NCBI GenBank assembly: GCA_002269645.1
Contig: NIVC01004433.1
Coordinates: 1-46,111 of the forward strand
DNA length: 46,111 nt
Direction: 5' to 3'
Source of the DNA: Macrostomum lignano
Taxonomy: Eukaryota
A program made the position numbers and the translations under genes. The notes under the pieces were generated by a model. It searched no databases. It saw only the letters and a program-made list of their open reading frames with translations, and was not told the origin of the DNA. This document shows positions 1 through 11,348 of the stretch, piece by piece (position 1 is the first letter of the stretch; each line of letters opens with the position of its first letter).

Positions 1-441
1 ATGATATTGCATCGTAGCTTTATAAGCCAAGCAAAACCATATCAATGATTATTGCATCGTAGCTATTAGAGCCAAGCAAGCACCATATCAATGATATTGC
101 ATCGTAGCTTATAGAGCCAAGCAAACACCAAATCAATGATATTGCATCGTAGCTTATATAGAGCCAAGCAAACACCATATCAATGATATTGCATCGTAGC
201 TTTATAGAGCCAAGCAAACAATATCAATGATATTGCATCGTAGCTTTATAGAGCCAAGCAAACACCATATCAATGATATTGCATCGTAGCTATATAGAGC
301 CAAGCAAACACCATATCAATGATATTGCATCGTAGCTTTATAGAGCCAAGCAAACACCATATCAATGATATTGCATCGTAGCTATATAGAGCAAGCAAAC
401 ACCATATCAATGATATTGCATCGTAGCTATATAGAGCCAAG
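1..441. repeat. 46-bp tandem satellite, about 9-10 copies, open at the left window edge
   Basis: Unit AATGATATTGCATCGTAGCTTTATAGAGCCAAGCAAACACCATATC repeats with minor indels. A degenerate continuation (CCAAGCAAACACGATATCGCATC) resumes at 1349 after the LTR element. Confidence 0.95.
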
Positions 442-1348
442 TGTTGTGAGTGAAACGTGACTAGGCTGCTTGTTGTAGTCGATAGTTGCCGAAAGCTTAC
501 AGGCGAGAATAATAGGATCAGTATATTTATTGAATAATTGAGCTGAGTCAGGGTGGTGGCTAAAGTCGCACCATGCACATTTGATATTGTACGCACAAGG
601 GGTTGAGCTAGCAGAGTCACGCGACGCAGCCGCTAACAACCACCCCAACACACGCGATAGTACGAGTAGGCGCTGCCTACGCTTCCCCCCCCCAAAGGAA
701 TTGAAAAAAGAAAAAAAAACTTCGAACTAAAGAAAATGGACTGTTTGCACGAAACACAGCTTGAGTTACGCCGCTTCGGGCAATGCGGATCAGCTATTTA
801 ACTCGTATAGCACTTCGGAGTGTCGCGGGCCGCTCTGCGGACTGGTCGGCTGACTGGCCCGACGGTTCCATTAGAGGCCGCAGCTGGGTCACGTGCCGCA
901 TGCAAGACTACTGGCCTCGCCGAAGGATGCAGGTATCGCCTCGAACCTCCTGCACCGTCCATATGGCGGAGTTTCGAATGGCAGCTGCGTTTTTTGCGTG
1001 CCTGCTGCTTGCGAAGACATTCATGGCGGGAACGATGCGGTGCTCCTTTGCGGCCGTGCGCCTGTCGAACGCACTCTCTTCATCTGCTGCGTGTACCGCC
1101 GGTTCCAGTCCTTCACGGCTTCCTGGCTGACATCAGATGACTTCGGCTGTCTGCTGACTGGGATTACGTCGTTGATCGGCCTGCCCATGAGGAGCTTGGC
1201 CGGAGTCCGCCCAGTTGCTCGGTGAGGCGTTGTGCGGAATGCCAGAAGCCAGTCGTCCAGGGCCTTACTCCAGTTCTGACCTTCAGCAACAGAAGTCTTC
1301 ACCACCTTCCCGATGCTACGGTTGACACGCTAGTAGGCGCTGCCTACA
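442..1348 (-). mobile_element. Internally deleted Ty3/gypsy-type LTR retrotransposon (integrase C-terminal remnant, PPT, 3' LTR, 5' LTR stub)
   Basis: 5-bp TSD CCAAG at 437-441 and 1349-1353. On the minus strand the element starts TGTAGGCAGCGCCTACT (1348). The same 5' LTR sequence, CGTAGGCAGCGCCTACT, recurs at 681 directly after the polypurine tract GGGGGGGGGAAG (682-693). The 3' LTR (442-681) ends ...CACAACA. Integrase motif NRSIGKVVKT...W..AL..WLLAFRTTPHRATGRTPAKLLMGR lies at 1021-1320, followed by a frameshifted GPY/F-like tail. Confidence 0.88.
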
Positions 1349-1626
1349 CCAAGCAAACACGATATCGCATCAGGCTTTATAACCGCGACTTCTCTATTCA
1401 GCGGCCGTTTTACTTTTTCAAAGCCAAATAAGTTTATCATGTGAAGTCAATAGATTTCTGCGGTGCCTTGTGTTTCATACTTTGTCCTGGCGGAGGCACA
1501 AGATTTAGGATAATTATTCGATTCTATGTGTATTTTGATTAGGTGGAAATGTACTACTGTTAGTACTCAGAGAAGTGACCACCATTTTCAGTTAGGGTAT
1601 CAAAAGTTAGTTTTGAGTGTCCCAGT

Positions 1627-2122
1627 TCAAATTAGTAGCATCTCGACCTCCTTCAGCGAGTACTCAGCGCCGTACGACCGGGACCAGATGACGCCCTGGC
1701 CCTTGCCAGGCACGGCAGATGATGTCTGATAAGCTCCGTTCGGGTGGCCGTCCGGGCAGCCTCCAAACCACCAAGCGCCGCCTGCGAACTTGGCGCAGTT
1801 TTTTTGTCCATCTCCTGATGGTCCGTCTCTGGCGGAAAAGTCTTTGTTGTCAAATTGATCGAGGTCATCAGCAACACCGGAGCTTCCGGAGAAACCGGAA
1901 ACGAACATCCTAAATTTGTTGGCTTCATCATAAATGTAGAAGCTGGCGTAGCGCGCCCAGCTCTCAGTGTTGTTCCACAGCTTCATCAGGATGAGCAGCT
2001 GCCGTGGCTGCGGACTTGAAGTCAACTCAAAAATCTTTCTCAGGCCTGTGATTCATTTGGTAAGACGATTGCGAGAATGACTTGCCTCGCAAGCGGGTGC
2101 GTACAGATAGATAGACAAACAG

Positions 2123-2172
<50 letters not shown>

Positions 2173-2839
2173 CGATGTATTCTACAGTCTTAACAAACGA
2201 ACTCACCGATCCAAAAGTTTCCATTCTCGCCTTCACCAAAGCCACTTTTGTAAGCGGCGTAGCTAGCGTTAAAGTTGGTGGAGCTGGAGGTCCGGTGCTG
2301 GATTGTAATCCAACAGTCGGTGCTAGCCGTCTGAAGTTAATCGAAGTTTTATGAAAATGCATTACTCGTACTTAGTGGCCTTCCAAAAGACGATTCGATC
2401 CAAGCTATTGAAAGGGAAGGTCGAGCAGAAAAACAACTTTACAAATCGTTTATTTTGGTCTGTAAATTGTTGCTTGTGAAAGCTGGTGATGACGAGTGTA
2501 AGGCATTAAAGTTTCGCCTGGAAGGACGCATAACCTGGTGCTCACCCAAACAGCCTGATTGCCTTTGTGCACATTCCGGCACTTCCTGCAGTGCGGCAGC
2601 CCCATTCGGCAGCGGTAAGTCCTGCACAGCTCGGTCTTGGCGTCGTAGGCGGCGACCTGGGCCGAGGCCGCTCGGCTGGCCAGCGTCACGCACTGGATTT
2701 CGGACGCGGCTCGTTCAGTCCGAGCCACCTCGTAGTCTTCGAGTTTGTCGAAGCTCTGCGTCCAGCTGATCGAGCCCGGTGGCTCGGGGGCCTCGCAGAC
2801 GGCCGCAGCGATGCTGAGCACAGTGAGCAGTCCTAGCAT
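1627..2839 (-). CDS. FReD locus G1: secreted PAN/apple-like + fibrinogen C-terminal domain protein, 278 aa, intact; exons 2839-2546, 2330-2207, 2045-1627
   Basis: Signal peptide MLGLLTVLSIAAAVCEA. GT-AG introns (phase 0, phase 1) give an open 837-nt CDS. FBG motifs CWITIQHR...F..SYAAYKSGFG...NFWIGL, CAKFAGGAWWFGGC..HPNG, YSLKEVEMLLI*. Confidence 0.9.
2103..2170. repeat. (GACA/GATA)n microsatellite in G1 intron 2
   Basis: Direct reading: ACAGATAGATAGACAAACAGACAGACGGACAGACAGAC... Confidence 0.9.
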
Positions 2840-3722
2840 GGCTTGCTGTTGGTTTCTGATCGGCCAGGCTATCGCATTGGCAACTGTGTTTCAGGCTTTA
2901 AATAGCCGGGCCGGCTATCCAGGAAGCATCGAGGTTCCGAAGCTGGATTCCGGAACTGCGGATCGGCTCTTTCCTGTGGCAGCTCTGCCGCACATCCGTG
3001 ATGAAGTCAGCAGAGAGGGCTGTGCTCTACCAGCAAGAATCTTTTTCAAACATTTTGTAAACGGAAAGAAAGCTGTGAGTTTCAGGGGCTTTAGAGAAAG
3101 GCAGGAATCAATGGCTCACCTGGGAAGGAAGCTAACGAAATTCGGGGCATCACTTCCTACAGTGTTCCAGCTGCTAAGCTCTTGCTAGCGCTGAACCGAC
3201 TTCAGCGATAAATACGAGCCAAGTAAAGCAAGAACCCTGAAGACGCCAGAGTTTTTCGCTGATAAAGGGCAAAATTCTTACATTTTTGCCGGATGTTAAT
3301 GCTGCCTCAGAAGTTTGTTTTTAAAAACTTTCTTACTGGCACTGAGCCAGCCTAGCAAACTTCCAAGCTGATTTTTTACCGGTTTCTCGGAACACAGCTA
3401 CGAGTAATTCCCCCGCATGATGCAGAGTATACATGTTAGCGTGTAAATGCCTTAGCAATCACAATACAGTATTTTAACAGATTAGACGCAAATCTGTGCC
3501 TAAAATGTGACCTCCAATAATAAATAGGAAAATTTGCTTATAATCAAGTAAACATTCAAAGCTAACCTGACAGAATGGTACTGCAAAGAGGAGGAGCTTG
3601 CAAATTTTATTCATAAATTTTCTCAAAATAACATCGTGTGTGTAAATAAATAAATTTTATTATACTTCGTTTTCATTGTCACTGTTTTTAAAGTAGGCCA
3701 GATCAGTTCTGAACTGCAGCAC

Positions 3723-3980
3723 TCAGCCGTGGTGGAAGCGGTAGTTTGAATGAGTCGGAGCCCTGCTGTTGCCAGTGATGAACCATTTTCGATCTCTCGG
3801 AACAGCATCCAAACCGTCCTCAGTCTCCGCCATAGCGTTCAACACTTGCTCCGCGACGGACGTGTCAGCATCGTCGGCATCTAGGATTTCCGGTTCCCCC
3901 GACGGCCGGCCCTGGGTCTGGGTAGCAGCGAAGCAGGCGACAGCAAGCAGAACCAGAGCAAACTGCCTCTTGTTGTTCAT
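3723..3980 (-). CDS. Secreted prepropeptide, 85 aa, single exon; candidate amidated neuropeptide or antimicrobial peptide precursor
   Basis: N-terminal MNNKR plus hydrophobic core FALVLLAVACFAAT, then an acidic pro-region (EPEILDADDADTSVAEQVLNAMAETEDGLDAV), a basic cleavage site PRDRK, a 19-aa C-terminal peptide WFITGNSRAPTHSNYRFHH and a terminal Gly before the stop. A TATA box lies upstream and AATAAA downstream (3656-3661, minus). Confidence 0.78.
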   Translation of the reverse strand: MNNKRQFALVLLAVACFAATQTQGRPSGEPEILDADDADTSVAEQVLNAMAETEDGLDAVPRDRKWFITGNSRAPTHSNYRFHHG

Positions 3981-4061
3981 GGCGTAGGTGATGTCGGAGT
4001 TTCTTCACAATTTCGCGATTCGTGACAAATTTTTTTCTGTCAATTTTGGCCAAACGCCACC

Positions 4062-4069
4062 TATTTATA
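4062..4069 (-). promoter_or_regulatory. TATA box of the prepropeptide gene
   Basis: TATAAATA on the minus strand, 82-89 bp upstream of the ATG at 3980. Confidence 0.55.
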
Positions 4070-7000
4070 TGGCAAGGCGACTCGTCCAGTTTTTCGTGTG
4101 TCACTCAATCACGTTTCTGTCGCGCTTTTCTGCATTCGCGCGCGAGCCTGGCACTCCAGGACAAAAAAGAAGCGATTAGTTCCTTGCCTGCATTAGAAAA
4201 TCAACAGACTTGGCCAAGCACACATTTGCTTTGGTGCTGAGCGCAAATAAACAGACTCTCTTATGCAGAGCATGAGCAAACATTTTTGTCAATGGCTTCA
4301 GTTTGCGCTCATTTCACATTCTCATCAAGTATCGAAGTTTGTATTTAGCCACTCCAACAATTATCACGTAAACTTGTCTCTCGCCAAGAGTAATTTTCTC
4401 AGTCTCATTCTTCTCAAGGAAAGTGTAACTTGTCCGGCCATGGAGGCTGTGAGTGCATTTGAGATACACGAACCACATTTATAGTAATCTCAAACAGAGT
4501 TTACAGGCTAGCAGCTGCAAGCTGCAAATCCACTGGTTAAAATTAACTTGATGACGCATCACCAACTCTACTCCTAGGCAATCGTCTTAAGGAAAATAAA
4601 CTCTTCGAACGAGGCTGAATCGAGGATTAGTCTTGAAGATGGCCTTCATCTATAATGTACACGTAGGAGTTTAGTAGCTTTCCGTACTTGCATGTAGACC
4701 CTCGAATGCTCAAATGCAGATTTAAAAAATGGAGGTTGAATGTCCAGCGTCTTAGATTGCTCTTCAAAGAGGAAGAATCTCAGGAAAAATCGATCTATTC
4801 TAACAAGCCGTGCTCCATCTCGTAGAAGCTGCAGCTTCAATGTCGTCACTTGGCGGATGAGGAAGTGCGTCTGGGACGAAGGTCCCGGGCAGTAATTTCT
4901 CCTGCCTGGCCGTACCTGAAATTTGTTGAAAGACTCGAATTATATTTTTGCTGATCTTTTGCGTAACATGGTGCCATAAACACCACCCAACGCAAGCTGC
5001 TTGAGATGATGATCGGAATTGCAGAGCAGCACGTAAATTCAGCTCCTACCTGCCGGCTGTCTGCCAGAGTCCTTAGGTTGCTAGCCCTGGTTGCTTTCAT
5101 AGTTGAGGGTCGAGAAGGCTAGGGAATTTACATTGCAAACTTAGAGACCGTGGATTCCCAATTAGGTCCGTTAACCAAAGGGTTCAGACAGGGAGAACTA
5201 GAGGCTTGAGAGAAGAGGATGACGGAAAAAAACAATTGAGGACTCTGCTACATCCGGGTTCGGAGGCTGGCAACGCAGGTGTTCGAAATTGTTCAAACTG
5301 CACACAGAAGTCACTGCGCAAGAACTTTCAAATAATACAAAGATTCCGGTCTTTCGACGATATAAAATCTCGAGTACATACCGGTATAAATCACCCCCCT
5401 ACTCCCCACAACAACAAAAACTATACACACACGCGTGCAAACTGTGCCAGATTTGTTGGGGAGACCGGTTTTCGTTGAACGAAGTTTTTGTTGCGATACG
5501 GAGTCCTCTCTATCTGTTCATAAGAATTTTTGTGATGAGGATCGACAGACTTTCAGCTCTGATTTTGCTAAATTCGATCGCATACCTACCTTGATACATG
5601 TAGATCGATAGATACCTACCTACCGACAAACCATTTTTTTTATGTAACCGCCCTTGTCGCCTGTCCGCTCCGTTGAGAGACGAACGCATGACTAGAGGGG
5701 GCAATGATCGTAGGCTGCCTATGACCGGGCAATGACCTGACGGACCTCTAGCACCAGACTGTCCCGCCCACATGATTGATAGCTTTGGTAGCGCTTCGTG
5801 ACCAGAGGGCCAAGGACCCACATGGACCCCACCTGTAGCCAAGGTGCAATAGTTGGTCACTCGGTCATAGTATGACCGAGTGGCTGCCACCACTCTATGT
5901 GACCTGGCGCACCTGGATCTTTCTACCAGACCTCTCGAGGCTAGAGCCCCACCTGGGATGGTTACCAGGAGATTTAGGCTAACAGGGGAGACACATGCAG
6001 GCGAGTACAGGGACTCTGCTTGGGGCATGATCGGGAACTCTGGGCTCAATCCTAGAGGATTTCTCAGCAGGGGATCCTTTGTGGCTGTGAGCGAGGCTGA
6101 CTTGCGACTTTGATTACTAAAGTAGTATGAGGCGAACATGTACTGTCTATAGTTTAGATTAAATTAGTAACAGGAACTTACCGGCAGCTGCACAGAGAGA
6201 GAGAGAGAGACGGAGTGACCGAGGGCGGCTGTAGGCTGCAGTCAGGCAGGCAGTGAAGCGGCGATGCGCTGAAGCAACTAGGCGCTGGTGTAGATCAGGC
6301 GATGCTGATGATGCTGGGCGGTATCAGACCGCTGGCCGATAGGCGAGCTCGCTTGGGGAGCTGAAGATAACTTGGCGGTAACAGACCGCGGACCGGCAGG
6401 GGTTCGTCCTATAGACGGGAAGGTCAGAGCAGTGTCTGACCGTAAGTCCAAAGACGGACGAGGAGACGAACAGGGAAAATACTGAGGATTCTGGTGCCGA
6501 AAACCGCTTCCCAGTCTTCCCAGCCGCCGCTCCAAGGTCGTTTCCATGACTCCCTCTCTCTGATTGGCTGCGGGCAGAATGACGTCAGAATGAGTCATGA
6601 TGAGAAGCATGAGACGGCATAGCAACATGAGAAATAGGGGAATTGCGCAATCCGGAGGTGGGGTGGGGGGATAATTGGCGCAGCGGGAGGTCGCAAAAGT
6701 GTTGCGCAAGCCAACATTGAGAACAATGGGGCTGGGGTCGAGAACAAAGGAATTGGAAATCGGGGATAATTGGGGAGAATCGAGAACAATAGAAAAGCAA
6801 ACATTGGGGAAAAGGTGATAATTAGGTGCGAAAACGGGAACAATAGAAAGAGAAAATCGGAGAAAATGTGATAATTGGTGGGGGTCGAGAGAACAAAAGA
6901 ATCAAAAACGAGAACAATAGAAGCGGAGGTGGGGTGGGTGTCACATGAGAAATTTGGGGAGGAGAACAATGGCATGAGAAAAGGTTGCGCAAGAGAGGGG

Positions 7001-8020
7001 GGTGAGTCATCGATGAGTCATCGAGGGGAAGAGGGGATCACACGACTTGCGTCGCCGTTTGGAAGTTCGAGAAGGGATGGGGGAACGGGGAGCACGCAGA
7101 ATACTGTAAGTAGACGCAGAGAAAGAGGGGACAGTGCAGGAAAATAGTGCGAAAAGGGGCCAAAAGAGGGGAGACAGGAAGAGTACATAAAGAATAGGGA
7201 GGCGCGCAGGGGAGATAGGGTAGAGGGGGGGTACAAAGAGGGAGGGGAAGCTCCGGAAAGGCAAGTGTGGCGGCAGGAGAGACGGAGCCAAGGCAGCAGG
7301 GGGTGCAGCAGAGCGGGAGTCTCCAGGCCTGGTCGAAGACCTGGCCGAGTCTCAACAGCTCTGTGCAGGGGGTGCACGGCGATAGAAGGCACTTTCGAAA
7401 AAGTTCCCCTGCCCTATCCCGCGACCAGAGCGTGGTTACATCATTTTCAGCTAATCTCGTCCGATAATTTATTTCTTACTATTTGATTCCCAAAAAATGC
7501 GAGAGCTCAGATGAGCAGCTAAGCTGAAGGCGGGGGCTGCAGTGGACCGAATGGCCAAACATGAGTGCCGTAGTCGATCAATGAATCAATAATTTTGAAT
7601 CAGAATTCAAGCTGCTGCAGTCATATCATGTTCTTCATCAGTGCTGATTCACATGCGTTAGAGGGATATTTAAGCAAAGGACGTAGCGTATTTTATTAAT
7701 ATATTTGGCATTGATTGAAGTCATTTAATTTATAAATAGTCAGCGCCAGAAAAATATCCTTTATATATAGACGTCGACTATAATGACGAGGACGACTCAC
7801 CCCTGCAGAGGGGCGCAGAGAGCATAAAATGTACGGAGTCGCCTGCACAGAACACGTGCTTAATTGTTAAAGGAATAAGAGAACAAATTAAACGAAAACC
7901 ACAAACCGCGACAGGGCCGGAAAAGCCACTCGATAAAACGGCCATGCATACACCAAAAGTAAAAATTTTTACTGTGCATTAATTTGGCAAGAAAGAATAT
8001 CGAATTTTCCTAATTTTTTA

Positions 8021-8240
8021 ACGAAAAGTTTATGAATATCGATAGAGCAATAAGAAAGGCACAACATATCAAAAGATGAGCACTGGATCTGCCTCCTACG
8101 CTCGTATCAAAAGCAATAACAATTTTTGTGCTGAAAAAAATAAAAACTTCCAATCTCCGTATTTTTTCGGGAAAACTTGCCTTCCAAATTTTTCTAAGAA
8201 ACGAGCTGGTTTCGGAACCGTCCTACTTAAGTCGTCCTTG
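8021..8240 (+). mobile_element. Single arm of the foldback/MITE family also at 17293-18050
   Basis: Shares TTTATGAATATCGATAGAG..ATAAGAAAGGCACAACATATCAAAAGATGA.CACTG.ATCTGCCTCC...ATCAAAAGCAATAACAATTTTTGTGCTGAAAAAA with 17866-17975. Confidence 0.75.
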
Positions 8241-8699
8241 AATGAATCGTGCAGTATATTTACACGAAATAGAATATAAATTCGAAAGTCGAATGAATCG
8301 TGTAGTATATTGTGACGAATAAATTGGCGGGAAGACGGTTTGTGTAGCGGTTAATTGGATAGTTCACGATTTAGATTTAGCAGATCGGCAAGCCGCTTTC
8401 ACCCTTAGCGTTACTTTGAATCGTTATGCCTTGCAAAGATCGGGATTCAGTTGATTAACTGGTGGGTTGGTGAATTGTAAAATTGTAGAACACTGTCACA
8501 CTAAAATATAAAATTCTGCTACATGTATACGTACCTGTGCACGCGTATATTCCATTTATTTTCGACACCGAAAATGTTTTAAATTCATGCATTTTTCAGC
8601 TCCAAGCAGAAAGAGGGGACATTTAAGATTATCAAAGGTCAAGATTCAAGTTTTCTGCTTTTTTGAGGATCTTAGAAATTAAAATTTCAAAATTAAAAT

Positions 8700-9012
8700 A
8701 GCCTATAGCCGACCTCGGATAATTTCCAATCTTCCCATATAAGTTTCAACGCTGAGTTGCCACTATTCAAGGAGGAGTTGTCGAAATGACAGACAAACAA
8801 CACGTGAACTTTAGTATATGTAGAGAAGAAGAGATAGAAAGATAGAAGAGAAGACTCAAATTTAGAAAATTTTAAGGTAAGCCTAAGACATTCTCCGTAG
8901 TGAGTTTAGGGTGGGTGCAAAATTTGGTGTAATTTGGTTGAGCAGGTTGGAGTCCATAGCGATCAAAATTGTACACAGACAGAGTTTTGATTTTTATATG
9001 TAGAGAAGAGAT
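8700..9012 (+). mobile_element. Possible non-autonomous Helitron/Helentron-like (HINE/DINE-like) 3' ends, two adjacent
   Basis: Two ACAGACA...TATATGTAGAGAAGA termini (about 8788-8830 and 8975-9010) preceded by AAATTTGG...-type text resembling such elements. Pattern recognition only. Confidence 0.3.
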
Positions 9013-9264
9013 ATAAGACCAGAATCGTAGATTATGGATTAATTGGAATCATTAACGACGTTAAACTTGAGCACAGTAATTAAAAGCAAAAAAATCTGTC
9101 AAATAATATCAAATGCATGACTGAATACAAATTTCGAAGCAACCCAGCAAATCAAGTTATTCATAAAGCCAATGAGCTGAGGCGTGCCATTATACTGTTT
9201 TTTTCAGGCACAGGACAGGTGCCATTGTACGTAGAATAAGAAATAAAAGAATCCTAATTTTCTG

Positions 9265-9490
9265 AACGAAACGCTTTATGAATATCAATAGAGCTATAAA
9301 GAAAGGTACAGCATATTAAAATATGAACATTAGATCTGCCTCCTTCTGTAACATCAAAAGCAACAACAATTTTTGTGCTGAAAAAAATGAGAACTTCCTA
9401 TCCACTAGTCTATTTTTCTGCTAAAAGTGGGCTTCAAAACATTTTCCATAGCTTTCTAGTGTTGCGTCCTTCTACTTTAGTAGTCCTTGA
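9265..9490 (+). mobile_element. Second single arm of the foldback/MITE family
   Basis: Diverged match to 17860-18050, including ATCTGCCTCC, CAAAAGCAACAACAATTTTTGTGCTGAAAAAA and the AGTGTTGCGTCCTTCTACTTT terminus. Confidence 0.75.
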
Positions 9491-9535
9491 CTCAAATATT
9501 TTGAATACCGAATTCTAACCTCTGTCAGGTTTGAC

Positions 9536-10162
9536 CCTCAGTTTGAGCAAAGCATCTCCCAGATCCTCAGTTTGAGCAAAGCATCTCCCAGATCCTCAGT
9601 TTGAGCAAAGCATCATCTCCCAGATCCTCAGTTTGAGCAAAGCATCTCCCAGATCCTCAGTTTGAGCAGAGCATCTCCCAGATCCTCAGTTTGAGCAAAG
9701 CATCTCCCAGATCCTCAGTTTGAGCAAAGCATCTCCCAGATCCTCAGTTTGAGCAGAGCATCTCCCAGATCCTCAGTTTGAGCAAAGCATCTCCCAGATC
9801 CTCAGTTTGAGCAAAGCATCTCCCAGATCCTCAGTTTGAGCAAAGCATCTCCCAGATCCTCAGTTTGAGCAAAGCATCTCCCAGATCCTCAGTTTGAGCA
9901 GAGCATCTCCCAGATCCTCAGTTTGAGCAAAGCATCTCCCAGATCCTCAGTTTGAGCAAAGCATCTCCCAGATCCTCAGTTTGAGCAAAGCATCATCTCC
10001 CAGATCCTCAGTTTGAGCAAAGCATCTCCCAGATCCTCAGTTTGAGCAAAGCATCTCCCAGATCCTCAGTTTGAGCAAAGCATCTTCCAGATCCTCAGTT
10101 TGAACAAAGCATCTCCCAGATCCTCAGTTTGAGCAAAGCATCTCCCAGATGCTCAGTTTAAG
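9536..10162. repeat. 29-bp minisatellite, about 21 copies
   Basis: Unit CCTCAGTTTGAGCAAAGCATCTCCCAGAT, period 29 (GTTTGAG at 9541 and 9570); two units carry an extra CAT. Confidence 0.97.
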
Positions 10163-10306
10163 CAAAAAAATGACAGGAAGAGGAGCATCCTGCACACCAA
10201 ACGAAGTCATTTTGGATAATTTTAATTCTTGCTTTGGCAAACAGAAGATTTTGCATCAACTACACAGAGTTATTCGTGTTAGACGTAATTTTTGGTTTCA
10301 CACCTG

Positions 10307-11348
10307 TCAGATAATGAGCATTTCGAACTCCATCAGCGAGTAGTAGAATCCGTAGTAGTATTTCCATATGATGCCGTGACCAAACGGACCACCGATGGCG
10401 TCAGTGAAGTTCTTGTACACCCCGTTCGGGTGCGTGCTGTAGCAGCCTTGGAACCACCAGCCCCCGGAATAGTTCTCAGCGCAGCTGCTTGAAGAGTCGT
10501 CGTGATCGGCGTCCATCGTGCTGAACTGGCTGCCGGCAGAGTAGGACAGGCTGTCGCCGATGCCGTCGCTGCCCGAGTAGCCCAGCACCTGCAGCCGGTA
10601 GTTGTCCGACTCGGGACCCACGGAGAAGCTGGAGTACTCGGCCCAGTGCTCAGAGTCGTTCCACGCCTTCATCAGGATCCTCAGCTTCCGAGGACTAGAA
10701 GCAGTGAGAGCGTGGAGAGAGTTCAGGCCTGGGAAGATGCGGACGTCATGGCGGTGTTTGTCATTGAAGTCCGAGTTGGAAAAGAAGCGAATGGAGCAGA
10801 TCTGGGATGCACTCACCGATCCAGTAGTTTCCGTCGGGTCCCTCGCCGAACTCGCTCTGGTACTGAGTCCAGTTGCGGTAAAAGTCCACTGAGCCGGACA
10901 CCCTGTGCTGCACGGTGGTCCAGCAGTCACTGCCGGCTGTCTGCAAGGTGACACAACAGGTGTGTCAGCTTTTATGCTCTGCGTTAAAGCGTGGCTGTGA
11001 TGCTGACAAGTCTTGCGGTATGACTCACCCACACTCGCTGAGCTCCCTTGTTCGCATTGCGGCACTTCCTGCAGTGGCTCAGGCCGAGTCGCACCTGAAG
11101 AGAGCGCACAGGCCGGAGCTGGCGTTGAACGCGACCAGCTGCACAGCGGAGTCGCTGTTGGCATGCACCGCGCATTCAGAGTCGCTTCGGACAGGCAGCG
11201 ACCTCACGGCCTCGTAGTCGGAAAGGCTCTCGAGACTCGACCACCACGGTCGTCCAGAGAAGAAGGCGGCAACGGCTTCGGTCACGTGATGCGGGACTGC
11301 AGCGAGCAGCAGCAGCAGAGCCACTTGACGAGCGGGTTGGAGCTGCAT
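10307..11348 (-). pseudogene. FReD locus G2; exons 11348-11029, 10940-10817, 10728-10307; 1-bp frameshift in exon 1 near 11091 (pseudogene or sequencing error)
   Basis: Signal peptide [25 protein letters not shown]. Exon 1 is 320 nt, one short of in-frame: AGG TGC GAC TCG GCC TGA against paralog AGG TGT CGC CTG GGC CTG AGC. Exons 2-3 are open and encode the full FBG part ending YSLMEFEMLII*. Confidence 0.85.

Noticed and set aside
1-441. The 46-bp satellite as a dimer of the 23-bp satellite at the other end
   Set aside because: The 2x length is suggestive, but by eye only short ATGAT/GCTT words match the reverse complement; no convincing alignment.
661-681. GTAGGC-GCT-GCCTAC hairpin as a Helitron 3' end or terminator
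   Set aside because: It is explained as the first bases of the LTR, present at both LTR starts (681 and 1348) and bounded by a PPT and TSD.
5510-6709. ORFs 5510-6139 (209 aa) and 6278-6709 (143 aa) as genes
   Set aside because: No recognisable domain, signal peptide or splice structure; composition looks like non-coding GC-rich DNA.
9536-10162. Regular short repeats (29, 33, 34, 46 and 23 bp arrays) as CRISPR arrays
   Set aside because: The units are head-to-tail with no unique spacers, there are no cas genes and the context is eukaryotic.
10307-11164. The 285-aa ORF as the G2 protein
   Set aside because: Its N-terminal half is out-of-frame exon 1/2 plus intron read-through; only the part from GLNSLH onward is true coding. 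The same applies to ORFs 12315-12851, 14580-15086 and 31245-31742.
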